Part shown: piece by piece, positions 39,051 to 52,847 of the stretch
How the letters are laid out: every line of letters starts with the position of its first letter
How positions within the stretch are numbered: position 1 is the stretch's first letter
From: Hemiscyllium ocellatum
Taxonomy: Eukaryota
Assembly: GCF_020745735.1 (NCBI RefSeq)
Contig: NW_026867487.1
Span: forward strand, 3,968,001-4,032,000
Direction: 5' to 3'
DNA: 64,000 nt
The notes under the pieces: generated by a model
What the model was told of the DNA's origin: nothing
Databases searched by the model: none
Seen by the model: the letters and a program-made list of their open reading frames with translations, nothing else
Program-made: the position numbers and the translations under genes

Positions 39051-39900
39051 CCAACTTCGGTGTAAATTATAATAGAATCCTGCGGACCATGTGGGCTGTC
39101 CAGCTGTATAACCTGCTATCTAGTTGGAATTGTCCTGTCCAATTTTCTTGTCACCATCACTGCGTGCATCCTCAATCGGATCAGCCGCATCTAATTTACT
39201 TGCAGTGTATTCTCCACTACCGATGTAGGCTGGCTGAGCAGAATCCTGGTCCGTTGTAGCCGAGACACCTCAGTCTGGTGCTCTGTACCCTTTGGTGTCG
39301 ACCGTTTCGTGTCCATTTTCTGGCAATGCCCCAAGGTCCGATATTGAATTAAGAAAATTGCATCGCTGTTCTTTGGAATGATCTGCATCCTGCGTTGCGT
39401 CGAAAACGCCCCTAACATCCTTAAACTTTCATGTTGTGTGACATCAAATCCATCTTTTACACCTTACCTGCCTGATAGGCCGATGAATGGAGGGAAAAAA
39501 ATTCTCCCCTTTTCTGCCTTTTCTCCTCTTTCTACTGCTTCATGCTCTCACTCTACGACTTACCCCAGCTGGCATAAAAGCACGCAAGAAACTGAGGAAT
39601 GTTGAGTGTGGCAGAGATCCAGAGGTGGAAAGTCTGAGGAGGCCATCATACTGCTCTCTGCTATTTCAGTCAGCTTTCTGCTGCTGTGTGATCCAAAGAA
39701 ATATCACACTTCTTCCTTGTATGGTTAAAGATGATAAAGACTTCAACGGCCTAGATTTCCAAAGTATAGACTGCATCCTGAGAGATATGAACAACATGTT
39801 CCAGCAACTCAGTTCCTGCAACAATGTGTTGATCTACACAATATCTTGGAGTAGATGTTGCGACGAGCTCAAGACCGTTCTTTACTCACAGCAAATTTCT
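39051..39900 (+). pseudogene. GPR139/GPR142-like class A GPCR pseudogene
   Basis: Acceptor tgtttgtcacag|CCAACTTC, then GPCGLSSCITCYLVGIVLSNFLVTITACILNRISRI*F...SRDTSVWCSVPFGVDRFVSIFWQ...ARKKLRNVECGRDPEVES...NNMFQQLSSCNNVLIYTIS. Collinear with 62177-63099; multiple stops and frameshifts. Confidence 0.9.
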
Positions 39901-40369
39901 AATGAAACTGCCTCACACTGCTCAGCTTCAAACCTGCGTCTCAACACACAGAACTCACTCTTTAATCAGGAAATGGCCGTTAAAGCTACCTTCCTTCCTC
40001 ACTTCCCGATTGTTTATAACCGCACTTCACCATGTCCCAAGAAACTTCTCTGAGAATCAGGCATACCATTTCGTTTGAAGTGTAAAATGCCTACACTCGT
40101 CCGTTTCCGGAAGATCATCCTGTTCCTCACTGCTTGGTAGTAGCATGTGAACTGGTGTCTTTCCTTTGAAACCCAAAAGACGTTTCTGTGTCACACAGAT
40201 AAGGAAGAACGACATACCTTCCCTTTGAAAAAGCGTCGTCCTCGAGACAAACCGCGTCACAACATAATTTTATTAATGAACTAATTTCATTAAAGTGATG
40301 TGATATACTGAATAACAATCTCCATCCGGACATTAATAATAAACCCACAGACGCCACAGTCACTTGGAT

Positions 40370-41290
40370 TACACCCCCAGCCAAACAGTACCCTGCAAGA
40401 ACTTCAACACGTTTTCCAATTTCCTCCGCCTCCAGTGAATCTATTCAGCCGAGGAGCCATTGCATTCCAAAACATCCCAGATGCCGATCTATAGTTAGAA
40501 ACGTGTCATTCCTGGATCTGGCACGCAGATAGCCTTCCACTACACCTCCTCCATTCCCTGCTCTACTCCTCTAAATCGCATCCTAAATATAAAAAGTCAA
40601 GGTCCCCCTTTTTCTTACCTTCCACCCTCCCATCCCCACATCCAACAAATCAAACTTAAATATTTCTACCAACTCCCACTAAACCCCATCACCAAGAACA
40701 ACTTCCTCTCCCGACTTCTGTCTGATGTCTATGAGATCTCTCCCTTTTCCCAATGCTTGGTTCATGTCAACGTCCCCAACAACACCCAGGTACATTTCCC
40801 TGACACCAAAAAATTGCAAACCCTGTTAGCACATCACACCCAAATCCATCCAGCGCTCTAAATACTCCTTCCAGGAAAGACAGAGGTAAATCTACATCTC
40901 GTACAAACTGGTTTATTGTATCCAGTCTTCACGATGCAATCTACTTCAATGAGACAAAATGTAAAGTCAGAGCAAATTTCGCCAACCGTCACAGCCTGGC
41001 CCGCAGGGGCCCACGTCACAGTCACTGCCCATTTTAAAACACCTGCACAGTCCGTTTCTACCCTTCCTGCCCTTCGCCTGCTTCTTTGCCACAGAGAATT
41101 TCGCAGCAAATTGGCGGAACAAGATCTCATCTTCCTTCTGGCAAGTCTCTAGCCCAGAGGAGGATTTAAACGAGTAAGGTGGGGTGGGGGTAGGGGACCC
41201 AGGGAGGTAGTGAAGAAAGAGATCAATCTGAGACTGGTAAAGTTGAGAACAGATGCGAGTCAAACAGTCACAGCAGGCAGGGACAAGGTA
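40370..41290 (+). mobile_element. Old Penelope-like element fragment
   Basis: ORF 40916-41152 ends HVTVTAHFKTPAQSVSTLPALRLLLCHREFRSKLAEQDLIFLLASL, a degenerate GIY-YIG C-terminus matching 24750-25650. Confidence 0.75.
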
Positions 41291-41299
41291 GGACTAATC

Positions 41300-44145
41300 A
41301 ATAAAACTGCATTTATTTCAATGAAGGGGCCTATAATGGAATGCAGATGAACTCAGGGCATGATTAGAAACATGGGACTGAGATATCATAGCAATTACAG
41401 AAACATGGCTAGGGATGGGCAGGACTGGCAGCTGAAGTTCCAGGTTTCAAATGCTGCAGGAAGGATAGAAAGGGGGGCAAGTGAGGAGGGTGTGTGGCAT
41501 TTTTGATAAGGTATAGCGTTACAGCTGTGCTGAGGGAGGATATTCCCGGAAATACATCCAGTGAAGTTATTTGCGTGGAACTGAGAAATAGGAAAGGGAT
41601 CATCACCTTATTGGGATTGTATTATAAACCCCCTAATAGTCAGAGGGAAATTGAGAAACAAACTTGTAAGGAGATCTCAGCTATCTTTAAGAATACTAGG
41701 GTAGTTATGGTCGGGGATTTTAACTTTCCAAACATAGACTGGGACTGCCATAGTGTTAAAGGTTTAGATGCAGAGGAATTTCTTAAGCGCGTACAAGACA
41801 ATTTTCTGATTCAGTGTGTGGAAGTACTACCAGAGACCATGACCTACTCTTTGGAAATAAGGCAGGGCAGGTGTTTGAGGTGTCAGTGGGGGAGCGCTTT
41901 GGGGCTTGCGACCACAATTCCATTCATTTTAAAATAATGATGAAAAAGGGTAGACTATATCTAAAAGTTGAAGTTCTAAATTGGAGAAAGGCCAATTTTG
42001 ACGGTATTAGGCAAGAAATTTCGAAAGCTGATTGGAGGCAGATGTTCGCAGGTAAAGGGACGGCTGGAAAAACGGAAGCGTTCAGAAATGAGATAACAAG
42101 GATCCAGAGAAAGCATATTCCTGTCAGGGTGAAAGGAAGGGCTGATAGGTATAGGGAATGCTGGATGACTAAAGAAATTGAGGGTTTGGTTAAGAAAAAG
42201 AAGGAAGCATATGTCAGGTATAGACAGGGTAGTTTGAGTGAATTATTGGAAGTGTATAAAGTAAGTAAGAGTATAATTAAGAGAGAAAACAGGAGGGCAA
42301 AAAGGGGGCATGAGATAGCTTTGGCAAATAGAATTAAGGGGAATCCAAAGGGTTTTTACAAATGTATTAAGGACAAAAGGGTAACTATGGAGAGAACATG
42401 CCCTCAAAGATCAGCAAGGTGGCCTTTGTGTGGAGCCACAGAAAATGGGGGAGATACTAACTGAATATTTTGCATCATTATTTACTGTGGGAAAGGATAT
42501 GGAATATATCGACTGTAGGGCAATAGATGGTGAATTTTTCAAAATGTCCAGATTGCAGAGGAGGAAGTGCTGAGTGTCATCAAACCGTTAAAGGTGGATA
42601 AATCCCCAGCACATGATCAGGTGTACCCGAGAACTCTGTGCGAAGCTACGGAAGTGATTGATGGGCCTTTGGCTTAGATATTTGTAACATTGATAGTCAC
42701 AGGTGAGGTGCCAGAAGACTGGAGGCTAGCAAAGGTGGTGCCACTGTTTAAGAAGGAAGGTAAAGACAAACCAGGGAATGATAGACCGGTGAGCCTTTTG
42801 TCAGTGGTGTGCAGGTTTTGGAGGGAACCCTGAGGGACAGGATGTACATGTATTTGGAAAGGCACGAACTGATTTGGAATAGTAAACATGGGTTTGTGCG
42901 TGCGAAATCATATCTCAAAAACTTGATTGAATTTTGTGAAGAAGTAACAAAGAAGATTGATGAGGGCAGAGTAGTAGATGTGATCTATATGGACTTCAGT
43001 AAGGTGTTGGACATCGTTCCCCATGGGAGACTGATTAGCATGGTTAGATATCATGGAATACTGGGAGAACTAGCCACTTGAATACAGAACTGGCTCAAAG
43101 GTAGAAGACAGAGGGTGGTGGTGGAGGGCTGTTTTTTAGACTGGAGGCCTGTGACCAGTGGAGTGCCACAAGGATCCATGCTGGGTCCTCTACTTTTTGT
43201 TATTTACATAAATGATTTGGATGCGAGCATAAGAGGTACAGTTAGTAAGTTTGCAGATGACACCAAAATTAGAGAAGTAGTGGACAGCGAAGAGGATCTT
43301 GACAATGTGGACTAATGGGCTGATAAGTGGCAGACGGCGTTTAATTCAGATAAATGCGACGTGCTGCATTTTGAAAAAGCAAATCTTAGCAGGACTTATA
43401 CACTTAATGGTAACGTCCTCGGGAGTGCTGCTGAACAAATAGACCTTGAATTGTATGTTCATAGCTCTGTGAAAGTGGAATGCCACGTACATAGGATAGT
43501 AAAGAAGGCGTTTGGTATGTTTTCCTTTATTAGTCAGAGTATTGAGTACAGGAGTTGGGAGGTCATGTTGCGGCTGTACAGGACATTGGATAGACCACTG
43601 TTGGAACATTGCGTGCAATTCTGGTCTCCTTCCTAGCGAAAAGATGCTGTGAAATTGGAAGGGTTTGGAAAAGATTTCCAAGGATGTTGCCAGGGTTGGA
43701 GGATTTGAGCTATAGGGAGAGGTTGAACAGGCTGGGGCTGTTTTCCCTGGAGCGTCGGGGGCTAAGGGGTGACCTTTTAGAGGTTTACAAAATTATGAGG
43801 GGCATGGATAGGATAAATACACAAAGTCTTTTCCCTGGGGTCAGGGAGTCCAGAATATGAGGGCATAGGTTTAGGGTGAGAGGGGAAACATTTAAAAGAT
43901 ACATAAGGGGCTACTTTCTCACGCAGAGGGTGGTACGTGTATGGAATGAGTTGCCAGAAGATGTGGTGGAGACTGGTACAGTTGCAACATGTAAGAGGCA
44001 TTTGGATGGGTATATGAATAGGAAGGCTTTGGAGGGATATGGGCTGGATGCTGGCAGGTGAAACTACATTGGGTTGGGATATCTGGTCGGCATGGACTGC
44101 TTGGACCGAAGGGTCTGTTTCCATGATGTACATCTCTATGACTCT
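41300..44145 (+). mobile_element. Near-complete ORF2 of a CR1-like LINE (APE plus RT), frameshifted
   Basis: APE motifs IAITETW, GLYYKPPNS and MVGDFNFPNIDW; RT motifs [26 protein letters not shown] and KFADDTK; 3' tail ctctatgactctatgac at about 44125-44150. Confidence 0.95.
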
Positions 44146-44879
44146 ATGACTGAACACTGAATACTGCAATTTGAAATATCCTCCCTCGTCACCTCCCAAA
44201 TTCTTTACCAAGCCCTCCCCCTCCTTGTATTCCTCGGTATTTCGTTCCTGCTACCAACCGGATTCATTCCTGCAATCGACCAATCGAGTCATACCGCTAC
44301 CTGTGTTCACCTACCCATACTGTAGCACACCACATCACGACCCACCCTTTATCTGCAGCACGAAGGCACAGCATAGTGACCTGAATACACAAACACAGAT
44401 GGAGGCAGACGAATATAAATGCACACACACATGAACACTCAGATTCATGCCCAGGTACTTCATATTTGAATCTGCTTTCTAAAGTCCCCAGTCTTCCCAA
44501 CCTTTCCGATTCATGTTCCTGCATGATATGCTTCTTTCTTTTTCCTATTCGTATGCACTGTGTCTGCTATTGGTCCTCAGAGATGAATAACTGGGATTCA
44601 GTATCCCCGCCAGAATAAGAAGTCATAGTGTAAAATGGCGAGGGTTCAGCAATACGTATCCTCGAGCTCATACATCTGGAAACTATGGATTGCATTTTTA
44701 TCTTCAGTAGCCACATCATGTTCCTCGGTTTCTGGTCAGAACCCACAGCTTTTGTGCTAATGAGGCTGCTCCCAGATTTGAACACTTTAAGAAGTAAACT
44801 TGTGAGACCATGGTCAGTGTTAGGTCAGTTCTTGGAGCGATGCTGGGGAACAGGATATTCATGCATTTGGAACGTCAGC

Positions 44880-46115
44880 ACTGATTAAAGATAATCAACT
44901 GAGCTTTGTGCATGAAAATCGTAGCTCACGAATTTTTAAAATAATTTGATAAAGAAGTTTCAGGCAGGCGGAGAGCTAGACCTTGGTGATATGGACGTGA
45001 GAAAAGATTTTGACAAGGGTTCCGCATGCTAGATTGATTAGTAAGTTGTAATCACATGGGATCCAAGGCAGATCTAGCCAACAGGATACAAACTTTGTTT
45101 GAAGTTTGGAGTCAGAAAACGCTGGTATAGCGATGTATTTCGGACTGGAGGCCCTTGATCAGTGGTGAGCGGGGTCAACTGCGTTTTGTCGTTTATGTAA
45201 ACGATTTTCATGTAAATGTAGGAATTGTGGTAAGTAAATTTCCAAAAGTCACTAAAATAGCTGATATAAGGAACAAGGAAGAATGTTGTCTCAGAGTATA
45301 TCTTGGCTTTTTATGAGATGTGCCAAGAGCTGGCGGTTTACATATGACATTTATTTTACATAAATGTAAGTTGTTACATTTTAGTAAAACAAACCCGGGC
45401 AGTAATTATTTAATGGTACAGCACTGGGGAGTATTTCTCAACAAAGAAACGGGGGGTGCAGGTGCATAATTCCATGAAAGTAGAATCGTTGGTATACAGA
45501 GTTGTGAAGAAGGAATCTGGCATGTTTGCCTTCATTTGTCAGGAGAAAGGACGTCAGGTTGTGGATGTACAGGTCGTTGGAAGTATTTCATACGATTCGT
45601 GTCGCCCTCTGAAAGACAGGATGCTATGAAAGTTGAAAGTGTGGAGAAAAGATCCACAATGATGTTGCAGTGATTGGAGAATTTGAGATATAAGGAGAGA
45701 CTAAGTAGAGTCTGATATTTTTCCTGCAGCATTGGAGGCTGAGGAGTGACGATATAGAGGTTTGCAAGCTATAAGGATCATGGATATAATTATTAGCCAA
45801 AATCTTGATCCTATGTTGGAGGAGTCCAAACTAGATATCGTAAGTTTAAGGTGAGGACACAACTCTAAAAGGGACCTTTGGCAACGATTTCACACAAAGC
45901 ATAATGTGTGTACAGAGGAAGCTGCCAGTTCTGGAGGCGAGTACAATTTCAATATTTGAAAGACGTTTGGATAAGTGCATACGTAGGAATCGATCAGAGG
46001 GACGTGGACAAATGCTGTAAAATGAGAATAGATTAGTTCAGGATATCTGGCATGAGCAAACGAGTTGGACCAAATGGTCGGTTTCTGTGCTGTGTGAGTC
46101 TATGGCTTAATGCAC
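44880..46115 (+). mobile_element. Degraded CR1-like LINE RT/3' fragment
   Basis: Recognisable RT-tail DNA (ggtaagtaaatttccaaaagtcactaaaat, aaatgtaagttgttacattttagtaaaacaaac, ggaccaaatggtcggtttctgtgctgtg); no long ORF. Confidence 0.8.
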
Positions 46116-46139
46116 ACATATTTCGCATATGGACAAAAT

Positions 46140-48560
46140 TTGATCTGGAATTATATAGAGTCATAGAACCATTGAGAAATGTCGCATGGAAATAGACCAT
46201 TCTGTGATGTTCATGCTGACTAGAAATCATAAACAAATCTAGCCCCTTTTCCTGCATTTAACCCATGTCTTTCTGAATGCCTTCCGTCACGCCCCCATTT
46301 AGATGCCTTTCAAATCTTATAATTGCATGAGTCTTCACCACTTGCTCTGGCAGCTCAATCGATGAACGCACCCTCTGTGTGAAAAAGTTGCCCCTTAGGA
46401 TTCTTTGAAGGTTTGCTCCTCTCACCCTAAGCCTGTGTTTCTATTTTTGTCTACCACAGTGAAACGAAATTGGTATTCACCCTATCCTTACCCCTCATGA
46501 ACGTATAAATCTCTCCACCTTTGAAATTCTAGGAAAAATAGACCCAGCCTATTCAGGCTGCTTCTATAGCTCAAACAACCCAAACTTGGCATAATTGTTG
46601 GAACTCGTTTCTGAACACTTCCAAGTTTCATAACATCCTTCCTATGGCAGGGAGACCAGCATTGCATGCAGTCTTCCAAAAGTGGTCCTATCAAAGTCCT
46701 GTACAGCAGCAACTTGGCCTCCTAATTCCTATATTCAGTACACTGACCCATAAATGTAAGCATACCAGACTTCTTATTCACCACACTGTTGGCCTAAGAC
46801 TCCACTTTCAAAGAACTGTGAATCTACATTAAGTTCTGTTTATTCAGCAGTACTCCCTAGGCCCTTACCTTTAAGTGTACAAGATCTGCCCTGATTTATC
46901 TTTCCAAATGCAGTACAACAAATGATTCAAAATGGAACTCCATTCGGCAAGCCTTGGCCCATTGGCCCATACGATCAAGGTGCTGTTGTTTTCTGAGTTA
47001 CTATTCTTCGCTGATCACTACACATCCAATTTTGGTGTCATGTTCAAACTTAGGAAGCATACCTCTTCCGTTCACATGCAAATTATTCATATGAATGACG
47101 AAAAACAATTGACTTAGCACCGATCCCTGTGGCACGCCACTGGTCACAAACTTCCAGTCTTAAAAGGAACTCTCCACAAATACTCTCTGTCTTCTATCTT
47201 CAAGACTCTTCTGTATCTAAATGGCTTGATTTCTGTATTCCATGTGATCTGACCTCGCTAACCAGTATACTGAGGAATACCGTTGAATGCCTTATTAGTG
47301 TTCACATAGATCACGTCCACCACACTTCCCTCGTCGGTTCTCCTTGTTAGTCTTTTAAAAATTTAGTCATGTTTGTGAAACATGCTTTCACACGTTCACC
47401 ACTGATGTCAGACAGATCAGTCTACAGTTGACTGGCTGTTCCTTATCTAATTTCATAAATACTCCAGTCGGCCAGCACGACACCTCTGGCCATTGATGAT
47501 ACGAATATCTCAGCAAAGGGCCCAGTAAAACTCATTAGGTTCCCACAGAGGTGCTGTACGAACCTTTATGCGTTTTATGATGTCCAGCACATCCTCATCT
47601 GTCATATGGAGATTTCTGAAGACGTCATTATTTAATTTTATATATTCCATATACAGCTCCACAGTAATCACTGATGCAAAATGCTTATTTAAAACCTCCA
47701 CTATCTCCAGCGGTTCCACACATAGGCTACCTGCTTCTCTGAAGAACCCTATTCTCTCTATTTATACTCTTTTCACCTGAAAGAATTTCCAGATTTACAT
47801 TAACTTCTGCTTAACCCTCTTAGCAGACATGACTGTTTGATTCGCTCCGTTTCCCAAGTGCACCAGTCTCAGACTGATCCTTCTTCTCACTATCTCCCTG
47901 GTTCCTTAACCACCACTCTTACTTGTTTAAATCTTTCTGGCAGCTCTTCAAAAAACTAACCCCAGGATTATGTTAATCCACTTCCAATTTATGTGCAATC
48001 TGTCCTTCTTAAACAAATCACTTCTACCTCAAAAAGATTCCATTGAGATAAGCCATCATCTGCTCTATCCTCTTTCTCCTACCCACACTAGCTGGTGGGA
48101 TTGGAAGGAATCCAAATTTTATTTCCCTCGAGAATCTACGTTTTTAGTTTCTGTCTAACGTGCTACACTCTCAAATCAAAATCCCGTCGATATGTCTTCT
48201 TATATCGTTAGTCCTAATCTGTAAAACAACCTCCTGTTGTTCCCTCTCCACTTTGAGAATATTCTGCTCTCTGTCTGAAACATCATAGATGCTGGCGCCA
48301 GGGAAGCAACATACGATTCTGATTCATTGTTGTTGGCATCAGAAAAATCGATATGTGCCTCTGACTAGAGAGTCCCCTATCACAATTGATCGCTTGGAAC
48401 CTTGGATGGTCCTCTTGAAAGTAGAGCCATCTCGATACGAATATCCTGGCTATCAGTGTTACATTTCCCTCAGACTGCATTGCCCGACCAATTTCCCAAA
48501 AGAAATCAGATGCTGTGTGAACAGGAGGGGTAATGTACCTGTCAGTGAATAGAACTTTCC
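46140..48560 (-). mobile_element. Degraded, internally deleted CR1-like LINE with an ORF1 esterase remnant
   Basis: Tail tatagagtcatagaac at about 46150; RT-tail ORF 46488-46712 (LYRTLIGPLLEDCMQCWSP). About 48290-48400 on the minus strand reads IVIGDSLVRGT...IVCCFPGA, the SGNH-type ORF1 motif. Confidence 0.85.
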
Positions 48561-49844
48561 TGAGCTGTTCTGCGTTTAGTGACACTTAAGGAATACTTAT
48601 GTTTTTAAGACAATTAACCCCGCGAGTGTATGTATTTAAATTATTTCAGGGACTTGTGCACCAGCTGTTATTGTCAAACTCTGACAGTCCAAAATAATTT
48701 GTTGATGATCTGTCTTCATGAACAGTTGTTGCCCTTGATGTTCAGGGGCAACCAGAGTGCTGTATGGACGGACGTTGAAGGATTTTGAACCGTTGACTGA
48801 AAGAATGGTGATGTTGTTTCAAGTCGGGATGGTGTGTAACTTCGAGGCAAGCTTTGGTGCGGGATCAGAGAGCCTTAGTCTATGTAAAACATGTATGCAG
48901 TTACTTAAAAACATTTAGAACAAATCAACTCTCCCTGTCATTTAGAACACAAATATGATTAGAATTTGCAGCCAAAATGTTGTTTCTGTTCTACCAGCTA
49001 AGTGTTTTCCTTCTTTCAGTCTGAGCAGAATATTTTTAATGATCCATAATCTTCATACTCAGAATTTACAGTGAGAGATAACAATTGACGCAGAACCAAC
49101 GTTTTTATACGTTTCCCATTAATTTGTTTACCATCCCCGGGAACAGAACGAGAAAAAATATAAATAAGCAACCGAGCATGATGTATGGGTAGACTCCTGC
49201 AAACGGGAGCTCCATGTCAGCAACATTTTCATAACAAATTTTACTGCCATCGCTCAGATTAGAATGAGGTATGAGACCGAGAAATTTACACATGGATTTG
49301 AATTGCCTTCCATTCATTGTCATCGATTTCCGACGTCATTATCATGAGTTGCTTCAGAACTCAGATCCCAGGACATACCTCTCGTTGTCACATTGATACT
49401 TATTTCGCATCTCCCACGACTTCAATCCATTTGTCCTGTCCAAAGGTTAGTAACAGAAGCCAAATATTCGATAGTGGACAGCTTTGGGTGAATTTAACAA
49501 ATGTTTTGTTTATAAAATGTGTAAATGGATTTAACAAGATATTCAATTTGAAAACTAAAGAACGTGAAGAAAGTATCTGCACTGCTCATTCCAATCATTA
49601 CAATTACAGTTCTCTTCAAATATTTGTATCTGTTTGATGATTATTGTGGAGTGAAAGACATAACCGAACATGAATTTCAAATATGAACCTTCCATTCAAT
49701 CCAAGTTTTAGACAACTGATTAAGAAACAAAATTGAAGTCGCCACCTGGGTCCATGAGGGAAGGTGGTGAAACAGTCTCCATTTGTTGTGTGCTCTTTAA
49801 ACTTTTTATGTGGCTGTGGACGTTCTGGTTGTATTCATTATTTA

Positions 49845-50035
49845 GAACATAGAACATAGAAAAATTCAGCACAGTACAGGCCCTTCGGCCCTCAATGTTG
49901 CGCCGATCCAAGCCCACCTAACCTACACTAGCCCACTCTCCTTCATATGCTTATCCGATGCCCGTTTAAATGCCCATAAAGAGGGAGAATCCCCCACTGC
50001 TACTGGCAGGGCATTCCATGAACTCACGACTCGCT
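49845..50035 (-). mobile_element. Short LINE 3' tail fragment
   Basis: tagaacatagaacatagaa...cacagtacaggcccttcggccc is the reverse complement of the shared CR1 3' end. Confidence 0.85.
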
Positions 50036-51959
50036 GAGTAAACAAAATTTAGTCTGAATTCCATCTTGTTGGAGCATCAACAGCAATTTACATTACTAAT
50101 CTGCCACATTCCACTTTGAAATTACATGAGGTGACGAATGGTTATTAATGGCGGCCACTAGGCACAGGGATGTGTAACGAAGTGAAAAAAATAGTTTGGC
50201 AAGAATTTGGGAAGCAGAGCGGCGCAGAGAGATTTCTGAGGTTCATTGCTCATATATTTGCAAACTGAACTCGCAGGCAGATGCAATCAACAGACATGTA
50301 GAAATGGATCCTCTATACCAGCCACAGCGGAGCAGACCAGAAATGACAAAATGCACCCTCACGAACCGACACCGATAAATAATGAGTGGAGTACTACAAT
50401 AATGCTTCTTTCTAAGATGCACTGATGATGTTCCTGAGCAGGATGACGAAGCATCTGTATAGGAAACCAACCAGCTCAGTGGGAAAACCAAGAATCACAT
50501 CCACAACCCGACCTACAAATCTGTTAAAAAAGATATAATTCTCAACGGAAAGTTCAACATTTCCTCTTCAGATCTGTTCTTGCCTCTTTAGGAATGTCCT
50601 GCATGACTCTCTCTGGAGCTGCGGTGTTTCTATTTCTTGGTTTGAGGCGCCATCTAACGCACTTCACCGTAAGTTTGAGAGTGAGATTAGCACGGGATCT
50701 TGTCATCTCTGAAGACACAGGGCACTGAAATACATGTTGGAGTCAGAAACGAAGGGCTTGATGATCGCTAGGTGGATAGTCGTCTTAGTTTACTTAAATG
50801 TTGCAGAGTACAGCTCATGAAAGTTAAGGTAAAAACGGGAAGAACAATGGAAGCTGAAATTCGAAACGAAAGTAGAAATCTGTGGAAAAGTTCAGCAAGT
50901 CTGATGGCGTCTGTGGAGAGCAAACGCAGTCACCGTTTTAGGTCGAGTGACTCTTCTCAGAACTAACCTGAAATTAGGATTCCATTGTATAATCTGCATA
51001 ATCAAGCCAGGAATGACGGAGGCATCCCTGCTTGCTGTTTGTATCTTTGTGCATAACCTGCATGATGTGTGTCCAAATAGTAGAAAAGTATTTCCTTCAT
51101 TTAAATGTCATTTAAGGAAACAAATGTCCCACTCTGGCTTGCTGACTTAATTATAACAAGAAATTAATCATAACAACCATAATTATGATCGTTCCCATCA
51201 AATTTACGAATAATAATATGTGAGTTACAAACATAATTGTCGGGGAGATATTTTTTCCTCTGGGAAAGAAATTCTGACTGAGAAATGAGATGACAATGAG
51301 AATTGGTGTGAGATGTCTCCTCGTCGCACTCTCTGATTGTATTTCTGTGATGTGGAAAACGCATTGCTGATGAACCCTGTTCGAAGCTGCTCCACTCAAT
51401 TTTAAACAGTGACAGGAGCAATAATCACTCAAGTAACAGAGGAGGGGGAGGTGGTTCAGAGCCAGAATAGCAAGCAGAAGCCGGGGCTGCATTGCAGCAG
51501 AATTGGCTCTGAGTTAACTCACTACTCCGTGTGAAATTAGAAATTATACAGCGTTGCTCAGTTGCATCGGGAACTGGTGGGTGTTGAGACTTCCGTGACC
51601 ACTCTACTCTCCCACCAACAAATAGGAAAACTTGACATTACGAATTATGCATCAAATATCATGTCAACCCATCACACAAAACCAGGGCATTCGGTCATCG
51701 TGGTTTGTCTGCTCTTTGAAGGAGCCTTATAATTTATTCCACCTCCAATACTCGTTTAACATTCTGTAGTTTTTCAAGTTTAATCACTGTCCAAGTCTTT
51801 ATGCAATGCCATTCAGAAAGTTAGCAATTAATCTGCTTCTATTGTCCTCTCACAGAAAGATTTATAATTGGAATAAAGTACACTTTGTAAAAGATGCTTC
51901 CTGTTGTTTTTCAATTCCCTTGATCACTATCTTCATGTTACCGGAGGACTTGAGAATCA

Positions 51960-52430
51960 AGGCTGAAAATGTGTTGCTGGTCAAAGCACAGCAGGCCAGG
52001 CAGCATCTCAGGAATAGAGAATTCGACGTTTCGAGCATAAGCCCTTCATCAGGAATGAGAGAGAGTAGCCAAGCAGGCTAAGATAAAAGGTAGGGAGGAG
52101 GGACTTGGGGGAGGGGTGATGGAGGTGGGATAGGTGGAAGGAGGTCAAGGTGAGGGTGATAGGCCGGAGTGGCGTGGGGGCGGAGAGGTCAGGAAGAAGA
52201 TTGCAGGTTAGGAAGGCGGTGCTGAGTTGAGGGAACCGACTGAGACAAGGTGGGGGAGGGGAAATGAGGAAACTGGAGAAATCTGAGTTCATACCTTGTG
52301 GTTGGAGGGTTCCCTGGCGGAAGATGAGGTGCTCCTCCTCCAGCCGTCGTGTTGTTATGTTCTGCCGGTGGAGGAGTCCAAGGACCTGCATGTCCTCGGT
52401 GGAGTGGGAGGGAGAGTTAAAGTGTGAATC
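51960..52430 (-). mobile_element. Penelope-like 3' fragment, young, same subfamily as 24750-25650
   Basis: Nearly identical to 24790-25250 (aatgtgttgctggtcaaagcacagcagg...). ORF 52008-52451 reads HFNSPSHSTEDMQVLGLLHRQNITTRRLEEEHLIFRQGTLQPQGMNSDFS. Confidence 0.95.
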
Positions 52431-52847
52431 AAACCCAGATACTCCAGACAAAAAAAAAGCTTCAATTAATGCCGGCGTATGAAATTAACTTTAAAGCATT
52501 AAATTTTCACCTTAGACAGAAGGAATAACGTGTCTAAAGATACAGTCGTTGAGTTGGAAATATAGCCAATTTAAATGACAGAAATGTCGGAAAGTATGAG
52601 ACTGAGAAAGGGAATGACAAGGATATGAAAACAACAGAGTATGCAATTGGAACGAAGCTCGTCTTTCGTCAATAACTGATTCTGTCTCCTCCCCAGTCGA
52701 CGTCACATCTGAGAACAAAACCAGTCAGAGTAGGTAAACCCAATTCTGTTGCCAAAACGTGAGGCCAGTTCCCGAGTTAATGTCAGTAGCTGACATTAGC
52801 GTTGGCAGATCATATCAAGCATGTTGTTTGCTCTTGAAGTTGATATC

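Noticed and set aside
50243-50491. ORF containing WYRG and FSLQI, hinting at a V
   Set aside because: The spacing between motifs is far too short, and there is no YYC or RSS.
51151-51492. Signal-peptide-like MQPRLLLAILAL with a downstream acceptor and EIQSE (IgH-like)
   Set aside because: There is no GT donor in the required phase and the following sequence has no V landmarks.
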